Both the position numbers and the translations under genes were made by a program. A stretch of 64,000 nt of DNA, taken from assembly GCA_035193785.1 (NCBI GenBank), contig CP136572.1, forward strand, positions 4,916,578 through 4,980,577, given 5' to 3'. Of the stretch, positions 11,201 through 22,341 are shown in pieces; the stretch's first letter is position 1, and each line of letters begins with the position of its first letter. The notes under the pieces are model-generated. The model was not told the origin of the DNA. It saw only the letters and a program-made list of their open reading frames with translations, and did not search any database. The DNA comes from Planktothrix sp. GU0601_MAG3 (GTDB taxonomy: Bacteria; Cyanobacteriota; Cyanobacteriia; Cyanobacteriales; Microcoleaceae).

Positions 11201-13845
11201 ATGAATCAAACAAATCCCCTATTCCCAGAAACAGTAGATCTAACTAACTGTGATCGAGAACCAATTCACATCCCCGGATTGATTCAGAGTCACGGAATAC
11301 TTTTTGTTTTACAAGAAACCTCAGCTAGAAATATTACAAGTTAGCAACAATACTTTTCCGATTCTCGGTATTCACCCCCAAGAAATCTTAGGAAAAAAAT
11401 TAAAGCAAATTCTCAAATCACTATTAATTAAGCAAATTCAGAAAAAATTAGCTGAAGAACTAGGAACAATTAATCCGCTCAAATTATCTATTAATACTCC
11501 CAAAGGAAAACAGTTGTTTGATGGGATTCTTCATCGTTCTGATGGGTTGCTTATTCTGGAATTAGAACCCGTTACCTCAAAAGAATTTAGTGATTTTTTG
11601 AGTCTCTATCATTTAGTTCAAACACCAATTGCCAAAATTCAAAAAACCTTCAATCTGAATGATTTATGTCAAGTGATCGTCGAACAAGTGCGGAAACTGA
11701 CGGGATTTGACCGAGTGATGATCTATCAATTTGATCCAGAAGACTCAGGGACGATCATTGCTGAAAATAAGTTAGAAGAATTAGTTCCCTATCTGGGTTT
11801 ACACTATCCAGCTTCAGACATTCCCCGGCAAGCAAGGCAATTATATAAGCTGAATTTAGTTAGGTTAATTCCCGATGTAAATTACCAACCTGTAGAACTA
11901 ATTCCTGTTAATAATTCAGTTACAAATCAGCCTATTGATCTCAGTCTTAGTATTTTAAGAAGCGTTTCTCCCATACATATTGAGTATCTTAAAACTATGG
12001 ATATGGGCGTTAAAGCTACGATGACAATTTCGTTAATGCGGAATCAACAACTCTGGGGACTAATTGCTTGTCATCATCAATCGCCGAAATATATTCCATA
12101 TCAAATCCGTACTGCTTGCGAACTTTTAGGAAAAGTCATGTCTTTAGAACTGACTTCCAAACAAGATAATGAAACCTTAGATTACCGGATAAAATTAAAC
12201 TCAATTCAGTCTAAATTTGTCGAAGCGATTTCCCATGAAGATAATTTTGTAGATGGTTTACTAAAGGAGAAAACTAATTTATTAGAGTTAGTAGGTGCTC
12301 AAGGGGCAGCCATTTTTGCTGATAAAAATTTAACCATCATTGGTCAAACGCCCACATTGGCTGATATTGAAAAATTAATAAATTGGTTAACAAAAACAAT
12401 TAAGCAAGATATTTTTTATACAGATTCTTTACCTAAATTATATCCAGCCGCCGAGAAATTCAAACAAGTTGGCAGTGGGGTGCTGGTGCTTCCCATAGAT
12501 AATATACAAAAGCATTATGTTTTGTGGTTTCGTCCTGAAGTTATTCAGACGGTAAATTGGGCAGGTGATCCGAATAAGCCCGTGGAAGTTGAACAGAATG
12601 GAGAGCGGCGTCTAACCCCTCGTAAATCCTTTGATCTGTGGCAAGAAACGGTGCGATTTAAGTCTTTACCTTGGCAGCAATGTGAAATCGAAATCGCTTT
12701 AGAACTCAGAAGTGCAATTGTCGGAATTGTCCTACGGAAAGCTGCTCAAATCTCCAAAGTTAATCAACAATTAACCTTAGCTTTATCAGCAGTGAAAATG
12801 GGAATTTGGGATTGGGATTTGCTGATAAATCAGATTGTTTGGTCAAGCCGTCATGAGGAGTTATTTGGGTTGAAACCCGGAACCTTTGATGGCACTTTTG
12901 ACACCTTTGAATCTTGCATTTATCCAGAAGACCGAGCCCCGACCGCTTTAGCCGTAGAGCAAGCCCGCCTGGAAAGGCATGATTATCAGCATCAATTCCG
13001 AGTAGTTTGGGCTGATGGTAGTATCCACTGGATTGAGGCGAAGGGCAAATTTTTCTATGACAGCGATGGTAATGGGGTGCGGATGCTGGGGACGGTGGTG
13101 GAAATTAGCGATCGCAAAACCAGAGAAGCCCAACTCCGCCTGCTAGAATCCGTTGTCATCTCAACTAATGATGCCGTCGTGATTACCGAAGCCGAACCCA
13201 TTAGGAAACCTGGCCCCCGGATTATTTACGTCAATCCCGCCTTTACCCGCATGACCGGATACACCCCAGAAGAAGTTTTAGGTAAAACCCCACGGATTTT
13301 ACGCGGGGAAAAAACAGACCCGACAGTTTTAGCTCGACTTCACACAGCCCTGCAAAACTGGCAACCCCTGCAAGTTGACCTGATCAATTATCGTAAAGAT
13401 GGCTCCCATTTCTGGGTGGAAGTCAGTATTGTACCCGTTGCTGATGAAAAGGGCTGGTATACCAATTGGGTAGCAGTGCAGCGAGATATTACCGAACGCA
13501 AACAAGCTGAAGCCGCTTTACAGCAACTAAATCAGGAGTTAGAAATTCGAGTACAACAGCGAACTCAATCCTTAGAACGAACTCAAGCAGCCTTACAACA
13601 GCAAATCGAACGAGAAACGGTTAATGGTGGCAGTTGCCCAACAAATCCGTATCTCCCTAAACCTAACGGAAATCCAGATTATCCAATCCAGATTATCCAA
13701 TCCAGATTATCCAATCCAGATTATCCAATCCAGATTATCCAATCCAGATTATCCAATCCAGATTATCCAATCCAGAGATCCAGCGGTTGAAACCGTGGCT
13801 ACACAAACCAAACCCGCCTGCGCGGGTTTTAAACCCTTGATCTAA
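11201..13845 (+). CDS. Bacteriophytochrome-type photoreceptor (PAS-GAF-PHY-PAS-PAS), C-terminally truncated at the start of a further GAF domain; no histidine kinase
   Basis: ATG 11201 gives MNQTNPLFPETVDLTNCDREPIHIPG, with a frameshift near 11317. GAF has GFDRVMIYQF, HYPASDIP and LRSVSPIH; PHY has WAG and PRKSF; two PAS/PAC domains follow; the gene runs into a tandem repeat at 13671. Confidence 0.9.
13671..13776 (+). repeat. 14-bp tandem repeat (AATCCAGATTATCC) x7 plus a partial copy
   Basis: Direct reading; perfect period of 14. Confidence 0.97.
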
Positions 13846-13960
13846 CCCCCCGCATTTCCTCAATTTGTTGTTTTAAAATTTATGCTGTAATGATTTCACT
13901 AAGTTGAATTCAATTAGCCCTCATGGGTCTCTGGCGATGCCGGGGGCGATAACAAACATT

Positions 13961-14362
13961 ATGAGTATGATAGATATTAATGCCAAACGAATTTTATTTA
14001 TTGATGATGAATCCCATATCCGACAAGTCGTGAAAGCCTGTCTGGAATCCCTAGGGGGTTGGAATGTATTATTGGCAGCTTCAGGTCAAGAAGGTTTATC
14101 TAAAGCAGTTTCTGAGCAACCTGATGCCATCCTAATGGATTTAATGATGCCAGAAATGGATGGTTTGGTTCTATTGCAACAACTACAAACCAATTCCGCC
14201 ACTCAGTCCATCCCGGTGGTATTTTTAACCGCCAGAAAGAGTTTTACTGAACCGCAAAGGTTTGAAGCCTTGGGAGTTAAGGGTGCGATCGCTAAACCCT
14301 TTAATTCTCTGACTCTAGTTCCCCAAATCGCCAAAGCTCTCGGCTGGAAACTGGAAACCTAA
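13961..14362 (+). CDS. Single-domain response regulator (receiver)
   Basis: RILFIDDE, DAILMDLMMP, FLTA and AKPF. Confidence 0.93.
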   Translation: MSMIDINAKRILFIDDESHIRQVVKACLESLGGWNVLLAASGQEGLSKAVSEQPDAILMDLMMPEMDGLVLLQQLQTNSATQSIPVVFLTARKSFTEPQRFEALGVKGAIAKPFNSLTLVPQIAKALGWKLET

Positions 14363-14365
14363 AGT

Positions 14366-14456
14366 AATTACGAATTACGAATTACGAATTACGAATTACG
14401 AATTACGAATTACGAATGGGTAATGGGTAATGGGTAATGGGTAATGGGTAATGGGT
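14366..14456 (+). repeat. Cyanobacterial heptamer tandem repeats (AATTACG)x7 followed by (AATGGGT)x6
   Basis: Direct reading. Confidence 0.95.
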
Positions 14457-14639
14457 TGAAACGTTTTACAGAAAACTCAAAAAAAAATTACCCTCAAAGT
14501 TTCCTCAACTTTCTATCGTAATCTTTAAAGTATAGGAACTTCCTATAGCACCTATTTAGGATTGTTATAGTTCTTGTTCACATAAAAACAACCTATAAAA
14601 ATTTCGATTCCATATTTTAAGGAGTGAAAAGATCATAAA

Positions 14640-14852
14640 ATGCCAATTTCTACTTGCCCTTGTTGCTCTGATACTTTAGTTAGGCATATTCGCTCCAGAG
14701 AAGTTTACTGGTTTTGCCGACATTGTTATCAAGAAATGCCTGATTATGATAGTCTTTTAGGTAACTTACCAGAAACAGCCACCCACCCGAGTCTCTACAG
14801 TAGCTTAACTAAAGTTAATACTGCTAAACAAAAAACTTTAGTTTTCAATTAA
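14640..14852 (+). CDS. Small zinc-ribbon-like hypothetical protein
   Basis: CPCC...WFCRHCYQEMP motif; AAGGAG upstream. Confidence 0.75.
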   Translation: MPISTCPCCSDTLVRHIRSREVYWFCRHCYQEMPDYDSLLGNLPETATHPSLYSSLTKVNTAKQKTLVFN

Positions 14853-14901
14853 TTGTAAACTTTGAGGCTCGTTGGGGGAAAAAAAGCAGGAATCAGTTCC
14901 C

Positions 14902-17354
14902 ATGAAAATCCTTTTAGTAGAAGATGATCAGACGATCGCTAATATCCTAGTACAAGAACTCACGACCCATCACTACACAGTTGAGACAACGGCGGATGGT
15001 AAAATGGGTTTAGAACTGGTGAAGGCCATTCACTACGATTTACTCCTGTTGGATATTATTCTTCCTAATTTGGATGGAATTAGTCTTTGTCGCCAATTGC
15101 GAGAACTTGGCTTACAAATGCCGATTTTACTGTTAAGTGCAAAGGAAAGTATTACCGACCGGGTTAGGGGTTTAGAGGCCGGGGCCGATGATTATCTGAC
15201 CAAGCCCTACGAAATATCAGAATTAATTGCTCGGATTCAGGCCCTACTGCGCCGGGGCAATTCTACCTTAAAAACGGTGTTGACCTGGGAAGATCTTCAA
15301 CTGCACCCAGATGCTCGCCAAGTGACTTATCAAGGAAATCTTGTACACCTGACCCCGAAAGAGTACGGCATATTAGAACTTTTCCTGCGAAATCCCCGGC
15401 GAATCTTCAGCCGCAGTGCCATCCTAGACCACATCTGGCCCAGTGATGAATTTCCCCAAGAAGATGCGGTTTCCACCCACATCAAGGGTTTGCGCCGGAG
15501 GCTCAAAGCCGCCGGAATTAATACAAATTTGATTGATAATATCTACGGATTCGGCTATCGGCTGAAAGCACCCGTCGAAAAAAATGCTCCCTCTGTCTTG
15601 GCAAGGGGAGGAATAGAAAATGAATTAGATACAGCAACTCAGAAAGATGGCCCTTTGCCCAGGAGGTTTGAACAGGAGATGGAAACCATAGAGACATTAA
15701 CAGATCCAGTTTCCCGTAGCGACCTCCGACAAGCAGCAGGCTGAAGCCGCATTGGAGGAAGTCTTGCAACAGGTATGGGGCCAATTTAAACAGAGTTGGG
15801 AAGGGCGGATGGTGGTGTTCGAGGAAGCGATCGCCCAACTCACTATTGGAACTCTCAACCAAGAACTAAAAGCATCTGTTAAAAAAGAAGTTCATCGCTT
15901 GATTGGCTCACTAGGTTCCCTGGGTGTACCCAAAGGTTCAGAGGTGGCGCGACAGATCGAACAGTTGCTAAACTTAGAGCCTTTGGGTCAAAATCAGGCC
16001 CGGCAGTTGGAAGAATTGGTGATCCGTCTCAAGCAAACTGTGGAAGACAAACCATCTACAACGGCGACGACTCCCAATTTCAAGATTAGGTCAGATCGTT
16101 TACTGGTTGTCGATGATGATGTCCTGTTGACTGAACAGATCAAACTGGAAGGGAACGCTTGGGGTTTTCAGGTGGAAGTGGTAACAGACCTGACAACGGC
16201 AAGAAGATCAATTTCGTCTCATTTACCTGATATTATTGTTTTAGACCTCGCCTTTTCCCACACCCAGGATAACGGGCTGACCCTACTGGCGGAACTGGCA
16301 CAACAAGCTCCCAGCATTCCCGTATTAGTCCTGACAGCAAGCAATGAATTAAGAGATCGGGTGGAAGTAGCCCGTTTGGGTGGCAATATCTTTTTAGAGA
16401 AACCCATTAGCCCAGAAGCAATTGTCAAAGTGGCGACTCAGGAACTCAACCGCACCCAGAAACCAGAAGCCAAAATCCTAATTGTAGATGACGATCTCTA
16501 CATACTGGCAGCTTTATATAATCTACTGACACCTTGGGGTTTTCAGGTCGAAACCTTGGCAGACCCCCAACAATTTTGGCAAACCCTGGCGGCGATTGTA
16601 CCCGACCTGCTGATTTTGGATATAGAGATGCCGGGTTTTAGTGGTATTGAACTCTGTCAGGTGGTTCGCAGCGATCCGCGCTGGAGTGATTTACCCGTGC
16701 TGTTTCTCTCCGGTCATCAAGATGCTGATATTGTACATCAGGTGTTTGCCGTCGGTGCCGATGATTATGTCCAGAAACCAATTATTGGGCCGGAAACTGA
16801 TGGCTCGTATCCTAAACCGCCTAGAACGAACCCGAATTCTACAACGATTTGCTGACATTGATGAATTAACTGGGACTGCGACTCGGCGCAAATCCATCTT
16901 AGAACTGGAGCAATTACTACATCTTGCAGAGTGTCAACATCAGCCTTTGTGTTTTATGATTCTGGACTTAGATCACTTTAAGCACATCAACGATCAACAC
17001 GGACATGAGACAGGAGATAGAGTTCTTGAGCTTTTTGGAAGATACTTAAAGCAGTTTTTTAGATCTAAAGATATTGTGGCTCGTTGGGGTGGCGAGGAAT
17101 TTGTTTTAGGTCTATATGGTATAACCCAACAGCAGGGGGCAAAGCGACTGACTGACTTCCTGGAAACTTGGTGTCAGCAGGAGTTTACTGGTGCAAATCA
17201 CAAGACATTTCGGGTCACTTTTAGCGCGGGAGTCGTTGAATATTCTCAGAACGGTGCTAAATTGCAAGAACTTTATGTAGCGGCCGATGCCGCCCTATAC
17301 CAAGCCAAGGCCATGGGAAGAAATCGAGTATTGGTATCAGGTCAGGTAGGTTGA
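14902..17354 (+). CDS. Multidomain response regulator REC-winged helix-Hpt-REC-REC-GGDEF (diguanylate cyclase); split by two frameshifts
   Basis: MKILLVEDD receiver; OmpR-type domain (LTPKEYGILELFLRNP...YGFGYRL); Hpt (VHRLIGSLG); two more receivers; DLDHFKHIND...RSKD...RWGGEEF. Confidence 0.9.
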
Positions 17355-17363
17355 GATTCAGTT

Positions 17364-19365
17364 TCACTGAACCGGACTCGGTGCTAGGGTTCCTTCCTGG
17401 GGCTCCGGGGCGGGACTCGGTGCTAAGGAGGGTTCGGGGGTAGGTTCGGGTACTGGTTCGGGTGTGGGTTCGGGAGTAGGTTGGGGTGTAGGTTCCGGTG
17501 TAGGTTCCGGTGTAGGTTCGGGTGTAGGTTGGGGTGTAGGTTCCGGTGTGGGTTGGGGAGTAGGTTGGGGTGTGGGTGCAAAGGTTGGTTGGGGTGTGGG
17601 TGCAAAGGTTGGTTGGGGTATTGGTTCGGGTTCAACAGAGGGAATGGGTTCCGGTTCCGGTTCCGGTTCCGGTTCCGGTTCAAAAGAAGGAATAGGTTCC
17701 GGTTCGGGTTCCGGGGGAATAATCGGGGAAAGGGTATTAATTAAAGTCAATTCTAACTTATAGTTGCTTTCGGGTAGTCCAGGGATAGCCTTGAGAATCA
17801 CCGTATAATCCCCGGTGGAGGGGAGAGTTCCCTTCCATGAAGATACCGATGCGGGCTGATTAATTGTTTGTCCATCTGGGCCAACCAACGTTAGTAACAC
17901 TCCATCCCCACTAACCGACGCATAAAACTGTTGTCCGGCTTCCGCAGGAACCACATAATTAATCGCTTGATTTGCTTTCAGATTTCCCTCAACCTCCTTG
18001 AGATCCCCCACAGCCAAATTTAGGCGTTTCTGTGAAGGGCGTTGCTACCCCCGGAGTCGTTGTCGGAAGTGGGGATGGTAAATTCGGAGGCGGTGTCAAG
18101 TTTGGTAATGGTATTCCAGGTAAGGGAATAGACGGACTCGGGCTGGGAGGATTCACCTGTGCAGTCTTATCGTCAGGGGAACGGTTAGTTGCTTTGAGTA
18201 GTCCCTTAACCAAAGCCCAAGAACCCCAAGCTGCTAAACAAGCCACCAAAAAACCCACCACAATTATCGTTGCAGGTTTTTCCCATAGGGGTTGGGAACC
18301 CAAAATATCAGGGTCAGGAAGTTGGGGATGGTTGGGAGTCGGAACCCCAGGAGGATTCTGGGCCTGCTGTTGCTGCACGGGCTGACTGACCAACGGCCGT
18401 CCTACCGCCAGGGTGGGAAGTTGGGAAAAATCAGGGTTCGGAGGTTGGGGAGTGGATGGAGAAGTCGGGCGCGGTTGATTTTGCTGGGTCGGGGGAAAAT
18501 TTAACGGCTGATTTAGGGTTTGTAGGGCTTGTTCAACTTCCGGGGCCGATTGATAGCGATCGCTCGGTTGCCGACTTAACATTTTATCGATAATTTGAGC
18601 GAAATTAGAACTAACCTGAGTATAGGGTCGCCAATTCCAAGATAAAGTCGTTTGATCTAATAAATATTGAGGTTCCTGACCCGTTAATAAAACAATTGCC
18701 GTCACCGCTAAGGCATATAAATCACTGCTAGGAAACGCCTGTCCGGTTTGAATTTGTTCAAAGGGGGCATAGCCCAATTTTCCCACCCGAGTCGCCGGAG
18801 GTAAGGTTAAATCAGGGGTATTAATCCGGGTAGCTAATTCAATCACTACTCCAAAATCAATTAAGATTGGGAGTTGATCTTGATGACGTAAAATAATATT
18901 ATCTGGAGAAATATCTCTGTGAATAATTCCTAAATTATGAATATGGGCTAAAATCGGCAACATTTGCCGTAAAAATAACACAATTTCTGCTTCGGTAAAG
19001 GTTTTTGGAAAGCCAGAAGTGGTGTTTTTTCTCTCCATTAATAGGGCATGGTAAGTTTTGCCCTCTACATAATCTTGAACTAAAAATAACCGTTGGTTTT
19101 CTTCAAAAACCGCCCCAAATTGAGGGATTTGAGCATGGCGAATTTGGTAGAGAATTTGCGCTTCCCGGCGGAATAGTTCTTGGGACTTTTGCAGGGCGTA
19201 GGTTCCAGTTTGGACAGGAATAAATTCTTTCAGGGCGCAGCGCTCGTTAAACCTTCCCTGATCCTCCGCTAAATAGGTACGACCAAACCCCCCCTGACCT
19301 AAAATGCTAATCAAGCGGTAACGGTTTTGCAAAATTGTTCCAACGGGAATAGCAGTTTGAGTCAT
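17364..19365 (-). CDS. Membrane Ser/Thr protein kinase with extracellular domain and Pro-rich tail; frameshift near 18020
   Basis: LGQGGFGRTY, HRDISPDN, DFG and a TM segment, continuing into ORF 17364..18017 with PEPT/PQPT repeats. Confidence 0.9.
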
Positions 19366-19550
19366 GCTTCAATGGCGGTGAGTATTGGGAAAAACCACTA
19401 ATACAAAATTAATTCCTTATATTATAAGGCTTAGGCACAACCCTCAAGGTTAACACTGATAACTAACTACCAATTATGGATTACCGATTACTGATAAATT
19501 CGTGATAAAATTATCACAAATGAACTGTGAATGAACTGTGAGGGTTCGCT

Positions 19551-20544
19551 GTGATCCGTTCTGCTATATTGCCCCTTCCTTACTCTGAGCCATTGGTTGC
19601 TGATCATGGTCGGTTACGACTATTTTCAGGCTCGGCAAATGTCCCTCTTTCCCTAGAGGTAAGCCGTTATTTAGGAATTGACTTAGGGCCAATGGTTCGT
19701 AAGCGATTCGCCGATGGAGAAATTTACATCCAGATTCAAGAGTCCATTCGAGGCTGTGATGTTTATTTGATTCAACCCTGCTGCTATCCGGTTAATGACA
19801 ACCTGATGGAGTTGTTGATCATGATTGACGCCTGTAAACGGGCTTCTGCCCGTCAAATTACCGCCGTTATCCCCTATTACGGATATGCTAGAGCCGATCG
19901 CAAAACCGCAGGCCGTGAGTCAATCACCGCAAAATTAGTGGCTAACTTGATTACTGAAGCGGGTGCTAGTCGGATTCTGGCCATGGATTTACACTCAGCC
20001 CAGATTCAAGGATATTTCGACATTCCCGTTGATCATGTCTACGGTTCTCCGGTAATTTTGGATTACCTGATGAGCAAACAGTTATCCGATCTCGTGGTTG
20101 TTTCCCCTGATGTCGGTGGAGTCGCCCGGGCTAGAGCTTTTGCTAAAAAACTCAATGACGCCCCTTTAGCGATTATTGATAAACGCCGTCAAGCCCATAA
20201 TGTCGCCGAAGTTCTGAATGTAATTGGTGATGTTAAGGGTAAAACCGCCGTTTTAGTCGATGACATGATTGATACGGCTGGAAACGATTTGTGAAGGCGC
20301 TCGTTTACTCCGTCGAGAAGGGGCGCGTCAAGTCTACGCTTGCGCCACCCATGCGGTCTTCTCTCCCCCCGCCGTCGAGCGTCTATCGGGTGGGTTACTA
20401 GAAGAAGTTATTGTGACTAATACAATCCCGATCCTACCCGAGAAACAGTTTGAACAGTTAAAGGTTTTGTCTGTTGCTAATTTAGTCGGTGAAACGATTT
20501 GGCGGATACATGAAGATAGCTCTGTGAGCAGTATGTTCCGTTAA
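19551..20544 (+). CDS. prs: Ribose-phosphate pyrophosphokinase; frameshift near 20283
   Basis: [33 protein letters not shown] and VDDMIDTAG, then ACATHAVFS in the next frame. Confidence 0.96.
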
Positions 20545-20550
20545 TCAAGT

Positions 20551-20590
20551 ATCAGTAATCAGTAATCAGTAATCAGTAATCAGTTATCAG
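20551..20590 (+). repeat. Heptamer tandem repeat (ATCAGTA)n downstream of prs
   Basis: Direct reading. Confidence 0.85.
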
Positions 20591-20689
20591 CAGGCAGGGA
20601 AATTGATTTAAAGACTTTCACCTAGGTTTGCTGATCAGTCTTTGTTCTAACTATTAGCTACAACTACTATAGATCGATTAACAGACTCG

Positions 20690-21175
20690 GTGAAATCCAT
20701 GATCAAATTCCCTGATCCTTTCCATCCTTTTTTCTTAACAGGTTGTTTCGGCCTAGGGATGATTTTTTTATCCCTATCCTCCGTTCAAGCTCAAGATCCA
20801 ATTGATATTCCAGTACCCGTAATTCAGGGAACTCCCGCCCAAACCTATACCCCCGGAGCTTGGCAACCCGTAGCCAGAATTAATCCCAATCAACCGATAA
20901 CTGTCACCATTACGAATCAAACTGGATATAATTTAGAAACGGGATTAACGACGGGAAAAACGAATACTAAAATTGCTCCAGGGGGTCAAGTTACGATTAA
21001 TAATGTTCCGGTTAATTCTGATATTGTGATTAATTCCATTGATAGAGCCGCCGTTCTGGATTATAGAATTGATGTGCAAGATAATGGGGTTGATGTCACC
21101 GTAAAAACCGGGGCTGGTGTTGCCGGAGATAATGCAATTAATATTCAAAATACCGGAGCCATTTATATTTATTAA
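20690..21175 (+). CDS. Hypothetical secreted protein
   Basis: Signal-peptide-like region ending VQA; beta-rich mature part. Confidence 0.7.
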   Translation: MKSMIKFPDPFHPFFLTGCFGLGMIFLSLSSVQAQDPIDIPVPVIQGTPAQTYTPGAWQPVARINPNQPITVTITNQTGYNLETGLTTGKTNTKIAPGGQVTINNVPVNSDIVINSIDRAAVLDYRIDVQDNGVDVTVKTGAGVAGDNAINIQNTGAIYIY

Positions 21176-21257
21176 TTGCTGGTTTTAGATCGGAGATTTT
21201 TTCGGAGTGAGGCGTGAACGCCTCCAGGGAATTATTAAACTTTTTTAGGGGATAACA

Positions 21258-22194
21258 ATGCGAATTTTAATCATGGGTGGAACCCGGTTTATCGGGGTTT
21301 ATTTAACTAAAATATTAGTTGCACAAGGGCATGAAGTTGTTCTATTTAATCGCGGGAAAAAACCCGCACCCGTTGAAGGAATTCAACAAATTCACGGCGA
21401 TCGCACCGATGCTAACCAAATTCAAGAAAAACTCGCTAACCAAGAATTTGATGCCATTTTTGATAATAATGGGCGAGAACTTAATGATACAAAACCCCTA
21501 GCAGATTTATTCAAAGATCGGGTGCAACATTTTGTTTATATGAGTTTCGGCCGGAGTCTATTTAAAATCCGATCAAATGCCCCATATTGAAGGAGATGCC
21601 ACTGACCCGAAAAGTCGTCATTTAGGCAAATACGAAACCGAGAGTTATTTGCAAGCCCAAAATTTACCCTGGACATCCATTCGCCCCACCTACATTTACG
21701 GGCCATTGAATTATAATCCCTTAGAATCGTGGTTTTTTGATCGGATTGTGGCGGGTCGTCCAATTCCGATTCCCGGGAATGGATTTCACCTCACCCAGTT
21801 AGGTCATGTCAAGGATTTAGCCACCGCAATGGCCGCGGTTTTAGGGAATCAAAAAGCTATTGGTCAGGTGTATAATATCTCGGGAGAACGTTATGTTACC
21901 TTTGATGGTTTAGCAAAAGCCTGTGCTATGGCGGCGGGGAAATCCTTAGATACAATTCAACTAATTCATTATAATCCTAAAGAGTTTGATTTTGGCAAAC
22001 GCAAAGCATTTCCCATGCGAGTCCAACACTTTTTTGCCGATGTGCATAAAGCCATTCAGGACTTAAACTGGAAACCCGAATTTGATTTGATTTCCGGTTT
22101 AAAAGATTCCTTTGAAAATGATTATTTACCCCGGGGTTTAGATCAAACAGAAGTTGATTTTTCAACGGATGATGAAATTATCGCTAATCATTAA
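21258..22194 (+). CDS. NAD-dependent epimerase/dehydratase family protein (CSP41-like RNA-binding homologue); frameshift near 21547
   Basis: MGGTRFIG, IRPTYIYGP, QLGHVKDLA and FDFGKRKAFPMR. Confidence 0.88.
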
Positions 22195-22341
22195 TTGGGT
22201 TGATTAATACCTCGATTAGATCCCCCTAAACTACCGTTAAAAAGGCGGATTACGGGGATCTATTCCCAATTCTCGATTCCCTGCTATAAAATAAACCTAG
22301 GCGTGATTCAGCGCTTAATATTAGCAATCATAATCGGGGAT

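Noticed and set aside
17423..17763. Alternative-frame NRNR, GSGV and CRFR repeat ORFs
   Set aside because: Other frames of the kinase Pro-rich minisatellite.
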